From positions 224,001 to 288,000 of the forward strand of contig JBPOFY010000004.1 in NCBI GenBank assembly GCA_051252375.1: a stretch of DNA of 64,000 bases, in the 5' to 3' direction. A program made the position numbers and the translations under genes. Positions 25,690-36,784 of this stretch are shown here, one piece after another. Numbering within the stretch: position 1 is the first letter of the stretch; every line of letters starts with the position of its first letter. Source of the DNA: Opitutaceae bacterium (lineage in GTDB: Bacteria; Verrucomicrobiota; Verrucomicrobiia; Opitutales; Coraliomargaritaceae). The notes beneath the pieces were generated by a model that was not told the DNA's origin, searched no databases, and saw only the letters and a program-made list of their open reading frames with translations.

Positions 25690-25970
25690 TCTGAAACCCC
25701 TTCCTCTGCAGTCTGCTTCGCCATGTAGTCATTCCTAGCACGTATCACACAGATCACGATCGACGCACCGCCTGCCCAAACAACGCCGTAATTTAGCCCA
25801 TTCATAAAGCCAAAGGAGGCAAAATATCCCAAATCCGCATGCTCGCGAAATAGTAGAGCGAAGAGCAGGTGCGTGACTACACCCGCCATCGCGCCGATAA
25901 AACAGATGATGGCGACATAGTAAATCCACAGGACAAGCCAATGGATCAAACCTAGAGCTATTCTTAACAT
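25686..25970 (-). CDS. Small membrane hypothetical protein
   Basis: Hydrophobic 94-aa ORF coupled to the next gene. Confidence 0.6.
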   Translation of the reverse strand: MLRIALGLIHWLVLWIYYVAIICFIGAMAGVVTHLLFALLFREHADLGYFASFGFMNGLNYGVVWAGGASIVICVIRARNDYMAKQTAEEGVSE

Positions 25971-26128
25971 TCGCGCGGAAAGTGTAAGGGAAATGACGCC
26001 TTGGCAAGCACATCACCGCCTCTCTTCGCAAGTAACCACTCTACTATATGCGTCTAGGCATTGTAAAATAGCTCCTTCCTTTTCTTAGTAGGCTTGAAAA
26101 CTGCTAAAGCTTCGACATTAACACTCCA

Positions 26129-26707
26129 ATGCTCCCAGAAAACAGTATGCCCTCTCCACTTGAAGATCTCGACAGAATCATCGTAGACGAAACGACGATT
26201 AATGAGCGCCTCACCCAACTTGGCGAAGAAATCAACATCGCATATGAAGGCAAAGAGGTCGCCGTCATCGCAATCATCAACGGAGCTATCATTTTTGTCG
26301 CTGACCTCATACGTAAATTGAACATCCCGATTCAACTAGACTGCATCCGCGTCTCCAGTTATCGCGACGAGACCACACCCGTTCAAGCACCCGAGATCAT
26401 CGACAGCATCCGCCTCAACTTAGAAGGCGTACACGTGCTACTGATCGATGACATCCTGGACACGGGCAATACGCTGTCTCGCGTCTCTACAATTATCAGC
26501 AACTTGAACCCGGCCAGCCTCAAGACCTGCGTTTTACTAGACAAACACACCAAACGTAGCGTCAATTTTGAGGCTGATTTCGTTGGTTTTCAAATTCCCG
26601 ATGAGTTTGTAGTCGGTTACGGTCTAGATTTTGCCGAGCGCTATCGGCAGCTGCCTTATATCGGCATCCTTAAGCCAGACCTGCAAAACCCTCCTGTTTG
26701 GGCTTAA
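26129..26707 (+). CDS. hpt: Hypoxanthine phosphoribosyltransferase (start may be 26147)
   Basis: [27 protein letters not shown]. Confidence 0.95.
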   Translation: MLPENSMPSPLEDLDRIIVDETTINERLTQLGEEINIAYEGKEVAVIAIINGAIIFVADLIRKLNIPIQLDCIRVSSYRDETTPVQAPEIIDSIRLNLEGVHVLLIDDILDTGNTLSRVSTIISNLNPASLKTCVLLDKHTKRSVNFEADFVGFQIPDEFVVGYGLDFAERYRQLPYIGILKPDLQNPPVWA

Positions 26708-26896
26708 TTGAGAGTCCCACTCGCAGAAATAGTGCAAATCAATGCCATGAAACAGGAAATAAACTAATATAATATTGACCTAGGATTAGCGCGACTTATC
26801 GTAAGCGCCATCTAAATACAGCTCTATTGCACATAGCCAATGCGGCAAGAGAACTGCTCAATCACTCTAATATCACTAAAATCGAAAAATAGTACT

Positions 26897-29800
26897 ATGG
26901 AATTCAAGACACAACTTGGACTAGACCCAGAAACCGCAGCTTCCACTCACGACGAGCAAGCGCTCCTTGAGTATGTAAACCTGAAGCTGACCTCAATCGG
27001 CCAACCTGTATTTGGCGACATCACGGATTCAGAGTTTTTTGGACTGAGCAAATCACTGCTCGACAGCTATCAGGAAAAATCACGCCTACTCGCAGACTAT
27101 TTGCCTCCTTGCGACCAACGGATCCAAAGTTTCCTGATGGAGTATTTCGATGACCTCGAAATCGAGGATATCCCACATCTTCCAAACAATACACTGATCC
27201 TCGATCGCCACGGTGTAGCCCGCACGCTTTCGCTGCCAGCCAAAGGTGACCACTTTTCTTCCGACATCATTGATTCATACCGAATCGAACAAGGAGTGCT
27301 CCATAATCCAAAGAGTGATCGCCGCACCACCAAGGGAGTTTTCCACGTTACCGAAGGCGGATTACCTATTCCCAATGATAAGAAGGCAGTACCAAAAATC
27401 GCAGCCGCGCGACTATTCAAAAAGGCACTCACCACAGCACCTGACTCTCTCACCACTTTACCATTCCTTGCCAACGAGGACGAATCAGCAAAGGCGTGGG
27501 TATCCCTCCTGCTTCGCCCAGTCGTTGTCCCAGAAGTCGATGGCTTCACCAAAGAGAAGTCGATGGAAGTGCGCTTCTTCGCGCCGGGCAACATGGTCAG
27601 CAATCTTGATTTCGTCGAATCCATCTTCGGCAACGCAGGCGATCCTTTCATCGCAGATAACGACGCTGGACTCGCCCCCGAAAATTGGACCGGCACCAGT
27701 GGTTGCGTGATCCTCGCCCCACACCTCATGGGCACGACCAAAATAGAACTGGGACTGCCCCATGTCTCTGAAGCGACGGATCGCCAAAAACGCGACGGCA
27801 TGTGCTGGGAGAAAGAGGATGAGCTCTACAACGATGGTGGCGCCTTCAAAATCACTTGCCGTGATGAGTCTGGTCGCATCGTCACCGCGATTGCCGACAA
27901 CTATTTCGGCTACTGCAAAAAAGAGGTCAAAACTCAGATCGGATTTTCTGCCAACCTGCACGGTCTGGCAGAAGAGGAACACGCTGGCGGCACACTCGCA
28001 TTCACAGGGTATGACCTAGGTGAGGACTTCCAACTCAGTCAATACTACCCCGAAGTCGATCAAACGTTTAACGGCATCGTGGCACGCTACAGTGACCGTA
28101 TCGATGTGATGCCAGAAGGCTACGCCGTCGATAAAACCTACAAGGACATTCTCTATCTCCCGGAAGATTCACAGATCGAATTGAATAACCAAACGATCAC
28201 TTGGAGCAAAGACGGCGCTGAACAAAAGATCAAACTACTGCCCAACATCACCTACGTGCTCCCTTCAGGATACAAGGTGCAAATGATGCAACCAGCAGCG
28301 GGCCGTCGCTGGCGCCTAGTCGGCTACACCGCCGAAAGCCGCGTCTGCCATAAGCCCTGCACCGTTTCTGGTGGCGGTAAATCCGAGATTTCGAAGCCGA
28401 TCACCGACGCCATCATTTCCGGTCCGGTCTTTGTCAGTGATTTCGAGAAGGATTTCGATCTCGCCGAAGAAATCATCAATTACGAATACGGCGAACGCTT
28501 CAGCGACACATCAAAGAACCGTCCGAAAGGTCGACCACTCCTCGGTAAAGCGCGATCACTCGGCTCTGTCATTAAGCTGCTAACGCCATCCAAATCCGAC
28601 TATAACGAGACATACAATGCTTGGCTGAAATCGATACCGCAGCACGTCAAAGAACTCGTGCTCATCATCAAGCGTTTCTACAAGGAGGACTGGGGCACCG
28701 ATTGGCGCAAGCGCTTCACCGTCGACTTAATCAACGGTGAGCCCGGCAACATCCTACGCTACCGCGAACAGCAAATGCTGACACAGTATCTGCGCATCGG
28801 CTACACCTCCGAAGGTGCATGGCGCACATTCGGTCTGCGCAAGGACTTCATCCCCGCAGCCAAAATTTCGCTTGAAGACGATATCACCGCATCGACGGTC
28901 GCGCCCTCGTCTTGCATCAAGAGCTTGCCTGTGGACTGGGATGCTCCCTCGGCAAAATTCGTATTTAATTGCGAATACCGCTTCTTCCAGCGTCCAGACG
29001 ACGCAGTCATTCGCGGCTATGATCATCAAGCCGAGAAAGATCTCAGCTCAGCTGGCAGCTTCCTCAGTAATTACGAACCGCTCGATGCTGAGCACGGTAA
29101 AAACGAAATCGAAGATGCGATTCGCTTCGGCCAATACACGCAGCCGATGCAAGACATGGTCACCAATTTCGTCCAAGCGCCTCACAGCGATTACTACGCA
29201 ACGCCCGCCTACCCTCGTATGGTAGATGGCAAGCCGACAAAGAACCCACGTTATCTTCAGGTTCGTCCTGACTTAAAGGATAAGCGTTCTCTTTACCTCG
29301 CTGATATAAGCTCACGACTCTATCGCCGCCAAGACTCACAGTCTCCGCTGCTACGCCCAGTCACATCGATCCTTCCAGGACGTCGCAACAACCCAGCAGA
29401 GCCAGAGGCAGGCGTAAAGCCACTCTGCACATTCAGCCCGATCCATCACATGGAGCTCCCCGAGCTCTTCATGGAATTTATCGCAAGCATCACTGGTAAA
29501 TCTCCATCGACTACTGGTGCAGGCTCAGAAGGCGCACTCACGAAGGGTCCTTTCAACGCGCTCTTGCCGATCTACGATATGAATAACGCGCTCGTATCCT
29601 ACCTAGCTACAGAGCAGCCCGCGTTCATCACAGCTGCTGGCTATGTCGGACCTAAGTTTCGAGTCGATCACGACATCAGTCTGCTCGTCCCCGAAATCTG
29701 GTGCCGCCTCAAACCCAATGAAACCGATCCTAAATGGCTCCTCCAGCACGGTTATCTAGAAAAGATCGAAGACTTCGAACACGAAGGTAAGGTGGTTAAA

Positions 29801-30352
29801 GCTAGCCTTCTAGGCTACCGCATCACCGCTAAATTCGTCCGCATCTTCTTCGGTCGCGTCTTCAATAATCCAGAGACTGTGCTCAGTGAAGAAATGCTCA
29901 AACCTGAGCTACAGGACATGGATACCTTCATCGAAGGCATGGAAACCATCGAAGCCGCCCACAAGCAAGCGGCCATGAATTACTTCGAGGACAATTCCAT
30001 TGAGCAAGCCTGCCCGCCGCTCAAAGCGCTACTCCATATCATGGTGCATGGTCAATACGAAGGAAAGACCCTGCAGGACCCAGAAGTCCGCGGTCTCTTT
30101 ACTCGCGAGTCGATGCTGCAAAGCGATTGGTATCAAGAGCGACTAGTCAGCCAACAAAAGAGCGACATGAAGGCATGGGCTCAACATGTCGATTACCTTG
30201 GCTCTTACCTCTCCAAAAGCACACACAGCGCGGTAGCCAAACGACTCAACGTAGAAGCACGTCTAACCGCAGCCCGTGAGCAATTAGACAAAGTCAGTTC
30301 GAAGAAATACACCGATTCACTCGTCGGCACCATCGGACGCCAACCGATTTAA
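26897..30352 (+). CDS. Pyrophosphate-dependent phosphoenolpyruvate carboxykinase (PPi-PEPCK family)
   Basis: About 1150 aa; HNPKSDRRTTKGVFH, DNYFGYCKKEVKTQI, HKPCTVSGGGKSEISK, TGKSPSTTGAGSEGALTK. Confidence 0.8.
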   Translation: MEFKTQLGLDPETAASTHDEQALLEYVNLKLTSIGQPVFGDITDSEFFGLSKSLLDSYQEKSRLLADYLPPCDQRIQSFLMEYFDDLEIEDIPHLPNNTLILDRHGVARTLSLPAKGDHFSSDIIDSYRIEQGVLHNPKSDRRTTKGVFHVTEGGLPIPNDKKAVPKIAAARLFKKALTTAPDSLTTLPFLANEDESAKAWVSLLLRPVVVPEVDGFTKEKSMEVRFFAPGNMVSNLDFVESIFGNAGDPFIADNDAGLAPENWTGTSGCVILAPHLMGTTKIELGLPHVSEATDRQKRDGMCWEKEDELYNDGGAFKITCRDESGRIVTAIADNYFGYCKKEVKTQIGFSANLHGLAEEEHAGGTLAFTGYDLGEDFQLSQYYPEVDQTFNGIVARYSDRIDVMPEGYAVDKTYKDILYLPEDSQIELNNQTITWSKDGAEQKIKLLPNITYVLPSGYKVQMMQPAAGRRWRLVGYTAESRVCHKPCTVSGGGKSEISKPITDAIISGPVFVSDFEKDFDLAEEIINYEYGERFSDTSKNRPKGRPLLGKARSLGSVIKLLTPSKSDYNETYNAWLKSIPQHVKELVLIIKRFYKEDWGTDWRKRFTVDLINGEPGNILRYREQQMLTQYLRIGYTSEGAWRTFGLRKDFIPAAKISLEDDITASTVAPSSCIKSLPVDWDAPSAKFVFNCEYRFFQRPDDAVIRGYDHQAEKDLSSAGSFLSNYEPLDAEHGKNEIEDAIRFGQYTQPMQDMVTNFVQAPHSDYYATPAYPRMVDGKPTKNPRYLQVRPDLKDKRSLYLADISSRLYRRQDSQSPLLRPVTSILPGRRNNPAEPEAGVKPLCTFSPIHHMELPELFMEFIASITGKSPSTTGAGSEGALTKGPFNALLPIYDMNNALVSYLATEQPAFITAAGYVGPKFRVDHDISLLVPEIWCRLKPNETDPKWLLQHGYLEKIEDFEHEGKVVKASLLGYRITAKFVRIFFGRVFNNPETVLSEEMLKPELQDMDTFIEGMETIEAAHKQAAMNYFEDNSIEQACPPLKALLHIMVHGQYEGKTLQDPEVRGLFTRESMLQSDWYQERLVSQQKSDMKAWAQHVDYLGSYLSKSTHSAVAKRLNVEARLTAAREQLDKVSSKKYTDSLVGTIGRQPI

Positions 30353-30361
30353 AGACAGCCG

Positions 30362-31036
30362 CTATCGCTGCTGTTGGTGAATGGCATGCGTCCAGTCCAG
30401 CCCGCCCTTATGCTTTACAATGCCTTTCTGCAATGCAAAGCGTAAGAGGCTGGCCTCGTCTGACAGATTTAACTTCTTCATCGTGTTTTGCTTATGGCGA
30501 CGCACAGTGAATGCAGTGATCCCTAATTGATCCGCGATCTCTTCCTGAGAATGTCCCTGTGCAATCGCTCGCACGACTTGAAACTCAAGATTCGAAAGCA
30601 CTTTATAATAAGCATTCGGGTCCTCCCAAAGCTGAGCGATGATTTTCTGCGCGTTCACTGAGTAATACACATGCCCAGCTGAAACCTCATTAAAAGCTGC
30701 GAAAAGCACTTCAAAAGTCATTTCGCGCTTATCCACAAAACCCAAAATGCCACTGCGATTGACTTCTCTCACAGAATACTCATCGCACTCACTAGACAGC
30801 GCCAAGACACGTGTATTCGGCTTCGCTTCAAGTATACGGCGGGCCAAATTAAGACCATCTAGCCGCGGCAACATTAGGTCTAGGACAACAAAATCAAACT
30901 CGCCAGTGTTAAAGAGTGACCACCCTTCTTCACCATCGTTAGCCTCTGTCACCTCGACGAAGTCAAACTCACGAATCAAAATACTCGCGAGCAATTCACG
31001 AACTAATTCTTCGTCTTCTACTATAAGCGCCCTCAT
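30362..31036 (-). CDS. NarL/LuxR-family response regulator
   Basis: IVEDE, LDLMLP REC domain; C-terminal HTH (EIADQLGITAFTVRRH). Confidence 0.9.
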   Translation of the reverse strand: MRALIVEDEELVRELLASILIREFDFVEVTEANDGEEGWSLFNTGEFDFVVLDLMLPRLDGLNLARRILEAKPNTRVLALSSECDEYSVREVNRSGILGFVDKREMTFEVLFAAFNEVSAGHVYYSVNAQKIIAQLWEDPNAYYKVLSNLEFQVVRAIAQGHSQEEIADQLGITAFTVRRHKQNTMKKLNLSDEASLLRFALQKGIVKHKGGLDWTHAIHQQQR

Positions 31037-31120
31037 TAACCTTTATTTTATTTCAAAACACCGCCAAGTAGCGAGTCATTTGTCCTTTAAGTTCTCTCTT
31101 GATTAAAATTTACTTATAAA

Positions 31121-31849
31121 ATGAGCCCTTCAAACGATGAAGCACGCACTGCGCCCCAAAAGAACGACAAGCAACCACTCAGTCGTCTTTTGAAGCACAA
31201 GGAAATACTTATCGCCGACGATATGGTTTTTAATCGCTACATCAATAAGGAGATCGTGCGGCAGCTAGGTGGCACTTCCACCGAGGTCAATAACGGCAAA
31301 GATGCACTAAAGTGCTTACTGAAGAGGGATTACGATATCGCGATGTTCGACATCAATATGCCGCATATGGATGGCACAGCAGTTGTCGCTAATTTCTTAT
31401 CCACAAACCCCATCCATTGCCCTCTGTTCATCGCACTTAGCGCATCCCATTCAACGGAAACCGAAGCCACATGCCTACAATACGGCTTCAAATACTTCAT
31501 CGAAAAGCCGCTAGAACTCTCGAAACTCACCAAGATCTTAGCTCCAGAAAGGGCACAAAATACCCAGGACCTACTCCAATACCTCGAACAGTCTGCGCCG
31601 AATTCAGGGATTACAGCGCGAGAACGTTACCGAAGTGCTTTTCTCGAGGAACTAAAACAACTGCGTAACGCATACCAGCAGAAGTCACTGAGTAGCATAC
31701 AAACCTCGCTGCATAAACTCATCGGTTTAGCACAAATTAGTCGTAACGATACCGTGATTCAGGCATTGGCAGCACTCTCTGAGCAAAAAAAGACCCCCCA
31801 TACTACAGAGAGCCTGCAACTCTGCGATCAAATCGAAGCAGAGCTATAA
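31121..31849 (+). CDS. Receiver-domain protein with C-terminal HPt-like domain
   Basis: IADD, FDINMPHMDG, IALSA, EKP; helical C-terminus with LHKLIG. Confidence 0.7.
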   Translation: MSPSNDEARTAPQKNDKQPLSRLLKHKEILIADDMVFNRYINKEIVRQLGGTSTEVNNGKDALKCLLKRDYDIAMFDINMPHMDGTAVVANFLSTNPIHCPLFIALSASHSTETEATCLQYGFKYFIEKPLELSKLTKILAPERAQNTQDLLQYLEQSAPNSGITARERYRSAFLEELKQLRNAYQQKSLSSIQTSLHKLIGLAQISRNDTVIQALAALSEQKKTPHTTESLQLCDQIEAEL

Positions 31850-32500
31850 TTCAGCTCCACCAGATCGCAGCACGCGGAACAATTCTTCCAATTTGCGGTG
31901 ATCTTTGACCCCAGGTGCACTTTCTACACCGCTATTCACATCTAGATGGCTCGCACCCGTTGCTTCGATCGCAGCCAAAATATTCTCGGGATTCAGACCT
32001 CCGGCAAGAATCCACTGTTTTTCTGAGTGCGCTCTCCTCAATGCGGCAAAAGATGCCCAATCCCCTGTGTGCCCGGTGCCGCCTACTTGCTGACTAGAAT
32101 ACGTATCGAGCAAAATCGTGTCTGCGTAAGAAAGGAAACGCTCGGGAAGCGACTGCTCAGGTTTCAAGCGAGGCGCCAACCACAGTTGACTTGAACCAAC
32201 GACAGCCGCCCATTCGCGAAGCTGAGCTTCTGAAACTTCCGCCTCAGTATGTATTTGAAAGAAATCAAACCCCGCGGCTTTATACTCAGAGAGCCTTTCG
32301 GGCGTGGGTGAGACATCGACGGCAACACGGCGCCCTTGAGGCGCGCGTTGAGCCAATTCCATTGCCCGCGGCAGCGATTGCCCCCTCGGAGAAGGCGCAT
32401 ATAAGATGAATCCGAAGAGATCGGCACCCAATCCAAGCGCCAAATCGACATCTTGCTCGCGAGTTAACCCGCAGACTTTAACTGTAATCTCGCTCGGCAT
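31844..32500 (-). CDS. trpF: Phosphoribosylanthranilate isomerase
   Basis: VKVCGLT, LLDT..GGTG, LAGGLNPEN, DVNSGVESAPGVKD. Confidence 0.95.
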   Translation of the reverse strand: MPSEITVKVCGLTREQDVDLALGLGADLFGFILYAPSPRGQSLPRAMELAQRAPQGRRVAVDVSPTPERLSEYKAAGFDFFQIHTEAEVSEAQLREWAAVVGSSQLWLAPRLKPEQSLPERFLSYADTILLDTYSSQQVGGTGHTGDWASFAALRRAHSEKQWILAGGLNPENILAAIEATGASHLDVNSGVESAPGVKDHRKLEELFRVLRSGGAEL

Positions 32501-32751
32501 CCAACCACTCTCGGCGTTCAAAAGACTCTGGCAAAACTAAAAGCACAACCACAGTCCTAAATGAGAACCCTTTTCCACAAAATGACGCTGCCCAAACCAG
32601 TCATCAACTGTCCAACACTAAATTTTAACTAATTATTGCTATAACTTGTAATGAAACTCATATTGCTTACGTTATATGTAAGTTAGATGATCCTATTATC
32701 ATTTAATGACACATAACGACACACTACTAAACTACTCTATCCCAAAACATT

Positions 32752-33243
<492 letters not shown>

Positions 33244-33266
33244 TCGACCCAAACAATTCAATCTCC

Positions 33267-33296
33267 AAGGCGCAGCTTACAAGCTGCGCCTTTTTT
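33267..33296 (+). terminator. Rho-independent terminator
   Basis: aaggcgcagctt-ac-aagctgcgcc-tttttt. Confidence 0.85.
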
Positions 33297-33318
33297 GTGC
33301 ACTATAGACTTACGTGTT

Positions 33319-35898
33319 TCAGCCTTCAGGTCCCACCACCATGCGCACACCACGTTCTGCGGCAAAATACTCCCGCGCAAATGCTGCCAAATCCTCAGCA
33401 CCGATCGCATCCAGCTTAGCCGCATGTTCAGCATCGTCATCCACTGGCAGTCCGTACGTCAATTGTATGGCTGCATGCATCGCACGGGCGCCAATAGTTT
33501 GTCGCCCCATCGGACGCGCCGCCTTCAAACGTGTCCGACAACGTGCCAGCTCATCTTCCAAAATATCGCCCGCCATGACTCTGGCGATTTCGCCATTGAT
33601 TTCCTTAACCACTTCCTGAGCCTGACTCGGGTGCGTTCCAGCGTAAAAGACAAACATGCCGGACTGTAAGCCGATCACTCGACTCGAGCCAACATAGTAG
33701 GCCATTCCCTTATCCTCCCGCACGCGCTCAAAGAGCCGACTGGACATACCGCTGAACAGCTCATTCAAGACTTCACTCACCACATAGTCTTCATGCTGGA
33801 TCCCGACATCTGGAAACGCATGCAACACCACCGCCTGCTCACGCTCCATTGGCTCATGGATCTCCAATGCCTGAGCCGGACCTTGAAAAGGTTCCACCTC
33901 ACTCAAAACGAATGCACGCCTCGACAGCTTTTCTTCAAAAAATGGCGTCAGTCCCGCGATCAATTCATCTCGGTCAAAATCACCACAGACAGAAATCACT
34001 GTATTCTGCGCGGTAATCAACTGCTCAAAGTGCGCTTGCACATCGTCTCGCGTCAGGGCTTCTAGATCTTCCACTCGCCCGTCCGAACCGACCGCGAAAG
34101 GATGCGAACCAAAGAAGCGCTCACGAAGTTTTCGAAAGCCATAATCCAATATCTCGTCATCTTCCTCCAGCAAGCCAGCGACCTGAGCTTCCCGCTCAGT
34201 CTCGAAAGTATCCTGCTCAAATAAAGGGCAGGCAAACGCATCAGCCAGCAGCTCAAGCGCCACAGATAAATCCGTGGGCAATACTTCGATCGAGAAACTG
34301 ACCGTGTTATTGCCACCTGTGCCGCTAAAACGTCCACCAATCCCTTCGATCAAAGTAGAAATTTGCTGCGCACTACGCTTGGTCGTATCTTTGGTCAGTA
34401 GCTCCGCCAAAAGTGCCGAGATCCCTCGTTGCCCGGCAGGCTCATAAAGCGGTCCACCCTGACAAACACATCTAAAATGAACCTTTGGTAAACGCTTGTC
34501 TCGTTGAAGTAATAGGCGCGCACCTCCCTTAAATTCAACTAACTCAAAAGGATCTAACGACAATCGCTCAGCGAGCACCGCCTCCGCCTCAGAGTCTGCT
34601 TTCGGCCCCAAAGTCACTGTAGACATCGTCTCTTCGACTAAATACGTCCGCGCCACGGACTGCAGATCACTCGCCACGACCGACTGCAATCGCTTCAAAT
34701 AACGACGTCCGTAAGCAATGTCACCAATCACAACTTCACCTAAACCAAGTCGTGAGGCCTGACCACTCATCGTCTTTCGACCATTGATTTCAGCACTCAG
34801 CGCTTGTCGGCGCGCCTTCTCCACCACGTCCTCGCTGAAGCCCTGCTCAATCACGTCGCGGATCACCTCACGAATCGCGGCTTCGACCTTGGGTTGCATT
34901 TCTGGATCGCACACATACGAGATCCAAAAGAGCCCTTGGTCTCCGGGGTTCCAATTACGGCAATCGATATAGTGCACCAACTTCGCTTTATTACGTAAGC
35001 GCTCCCATAAAACTGAGCTCTCGCCGCCGCCAAGCGCGTGCGCTAGCGCATCCAACCGCGGCGAATCTAGGTGACTCAAATGCGGCACTTTAAAGCCTAA
35101 ACCTCCTCGAAAAATATTATAATCACCAACGATATCCTCGCGCCGAGCCGAAAGCTGCAAAGGTTCCGCCTCAATCTGCACCGGCGCTAAACGACCACGC
35201 GGGACCACTCCAAAACCAGCTTCAACCGCCTGCAAACATGTCGCAGGGTCCACCGCACCCACAATCGAAACCACCATATTGTTCGGCACATAGCGCGCTT
35301 GATAGTAAGCGCGTAATTCATCGCCCGTAACCTGCTCATAGAGCGACCGATGCCCAATCACCGGTTCACGATAAGGGTGCTGCTGGAACGCAGTGCGGAA
35401 TAATGCCTGACTCAATTGACGATCCGGATCATCAAGCCCCATATCAATTTCGCGCAGGATGACATCGCGCTCTTTCAAAACTTCCTCTTCCGGTAAAGTC
35501 GAGTGCAGCACAATGTCAGAAAGCACGTCCACCACCTGGGCAAAAGCAGACGACGGAGCATCGATATAATACACCGTGCGGTCAAAGGTGGTATAGGCAT
35601 TAATCCCTCCGCCGATGCTATGCACTTCGCGACTGATTGCTTTCCCATCGCGTCGAGCCGTGCCCTTAAAAAGCATGTGCTCCAAAAAGTGAGAAAGACC
35701 CGATCCTATCAATTGATCTTCGTGTATACTGCCCGTCTTCACCCAAACCTGCACCGAAACCACTTCGCTCGAAAAGTCAGGACGATGCACCAATGTTAGA
35801 CCATTGCTCAACACATGGCGCTCCACCGGTGCTTTAAATAAGCTATCGATCAAATCGTTCGAGGCCTTGGCTGATAAATGCGGCGTAGTTGTCTCCAT
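33319..35898 (-). CDS. M16 (pitrilysin-family) zinc peptidase
   Basis: HFLEH (HxxEH), NAYTTFDRTVY, duplicated M16 domains. Confidence 0.93.
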   Translation of the reverse strand: METTTPHLSAKASNDLIDSLFKAPVERHVLSNGLTLVHRPDFSSEVVSVQVWVKTGSIHEDQLIGSGLSHFLEHMLFKGTARRDGKAISREVHSIGGGINAYTTFDRTVYYIDAPSSAFAQVVDVLSDIVLHSTLPEEEVLKERDVILREIDMGLDDPDRQLSQALFRTAFQQHPYREPVIGHRSLYEQVTGDELRAYYQARYVPNNMVVSIVGAVDPATCLQAVEAGFGVVPRGRLAPVQIEAEPLQLSARREDIVGDYNIFRGGLGFKVPHLSHLDSPRLDALAHALGGGESSVLWERLRNKAKLVHYIDCRNWNPGDQGLFWISYVCDPEMQPKVEAAIREVIRDVIEQGFSEDVVEKARRQALSAEINGRKTMSGQASRLGLGEVVIGDIAYGRRYLKRLQSVVASDLQSVARTYLVEETMSTVTLGPKADSEAEAVLAERLSLDPFELVEFKGGARLLLQRDKRLPKVHFRCVCQGGPLYEPAGQRGISALLAELLTKDTTKRSAQQISTLIEGIGGRFSGTGGNNTVSFSIEVLPTDLSVALELLADAFACPLFEQDTFETEREAQVAGLLEEDDEILDYGFRKLRERFFGSHPFAVGSDGRVEDLEALTRDDVQAHFEQLITAQNTVISVCGDFDRDELIAGLTPFFEEKLSRRAFVLSEVEPFQGPAQALEIHEPMEREQAVVLHAFPDVGIQHEDYVVSEVLNELFSGMSSRLFERVREDKGMAYYVGSSRVIGLQSGMFVFYAGTHPSQAQEVVKEINGEIARVMAGDILEDELARCRTRLKAARPMGRQTIGARAMHAAIQLTYGLPVDDDAEHAAKLDAIGAEDLAAFAREYFAAERGVRMVVGPEG

Positions 35899-36184
35899 AA
35901 GTGCTGCCCACTATCTCGGCTAAAGTATAAATTTCCACCTTTAGTTTACCAAATTTGAGCAACCCTCATTTATACTTCTGCCAAATAACCAGATACGTGC
36001 TTGCCCTACACAGCCAAAAACTACTAGGGTCTTGTCCCTAAAATCCACCTATCAGAATGTTATAAATTTGTTTAACTAACAGATATACAAGTAGATCGAC
36101 TATCTGATCATTGTCATATCGACATAACCTAAACACATTTACCTCACATTTTATCGCAGGCAACTTCCTGTCAGAACGATACCC

Positions 36185-36784
36185 ATGTCCCGAAAAGACC
36201 TACCACCTCCACCGCCGCCAAACAGGCAGCCGAAGCGACGTCTCAGTCTAAAGACTGCGATCGCAGCCGCTTCGCGCACTAACAGCACGATCGTCAAACC
36301 ATTGATGAATCCCCTCGGAGAGTTTCCTGAAATTAAGACAGGCAAACAACAGGAGATGGAGGCCAACCTCCTAGAGTTGCAGGCTGACATCATTATTCGC
36401 GAAGGCTTGCTCAGTGACAAAGAAAGACTGCTGCAAAGCCATGAACTGGAACTCAACGAAAAAGAGGCACTACTTGAAGCACATCGAAAAGTCATCGATA
36501 TACACGCCGCTCCAAATGAATCCGCGAGCCAAACAAATAGTGCGATCAGTACAGAAGAGCGCGAAGCCTTCGACGCCCTCAAGCGAGAACTGAACAATCA
36601 AGAACAGTCGCTCAAAAACGCACGCAAGATGTTGCATGAGCGAGAAGACTTCATCGAACAGTGCGAAAATGAACTCGTTGAAAAGTCGATGCTACTCACC
36701 GAACGCGAAGCACGTATCGAACAAAGAGAAGAAGACCACGAAGCGAAGAAGTTTGCCGATGCCAATGCCGCTAAGGCCAGTTAA
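36185..36784 (+). CDS. Coiled-coil hypothetical protein
   Basis: Pro-rich N-terminus, Glu/Leu/Arg heptads. Confidence 0.65.
   Translation: MSRKDLPPPPPPNRQPKRRLSLKTAIAAASRTNSTIVKPLMNPLGEFPEIKTGKQQEMEANLLELQADIIIREGLLSDKERLLQSHELELNEKEALLEAHRKVIDIHAAPNESASQTNSAISTEEREAFDALKRELNNQEQSLKNARKMLHEREDFIEQCENELVEKSMLLTEREARIEQREEDHEAKKFADANAAKAS

Noticed and set aside
27097..27982. Long antisense ORFs here and within dnaE, tig, clpB and mfd
   Set aside because: Shadow frames of well-supported genes, with no recognisable motifs
31835..31855. Convergent overlapping genes both ending in AEL
   Set aside because: Most simply a coincidence of a 6-bp stop overlap
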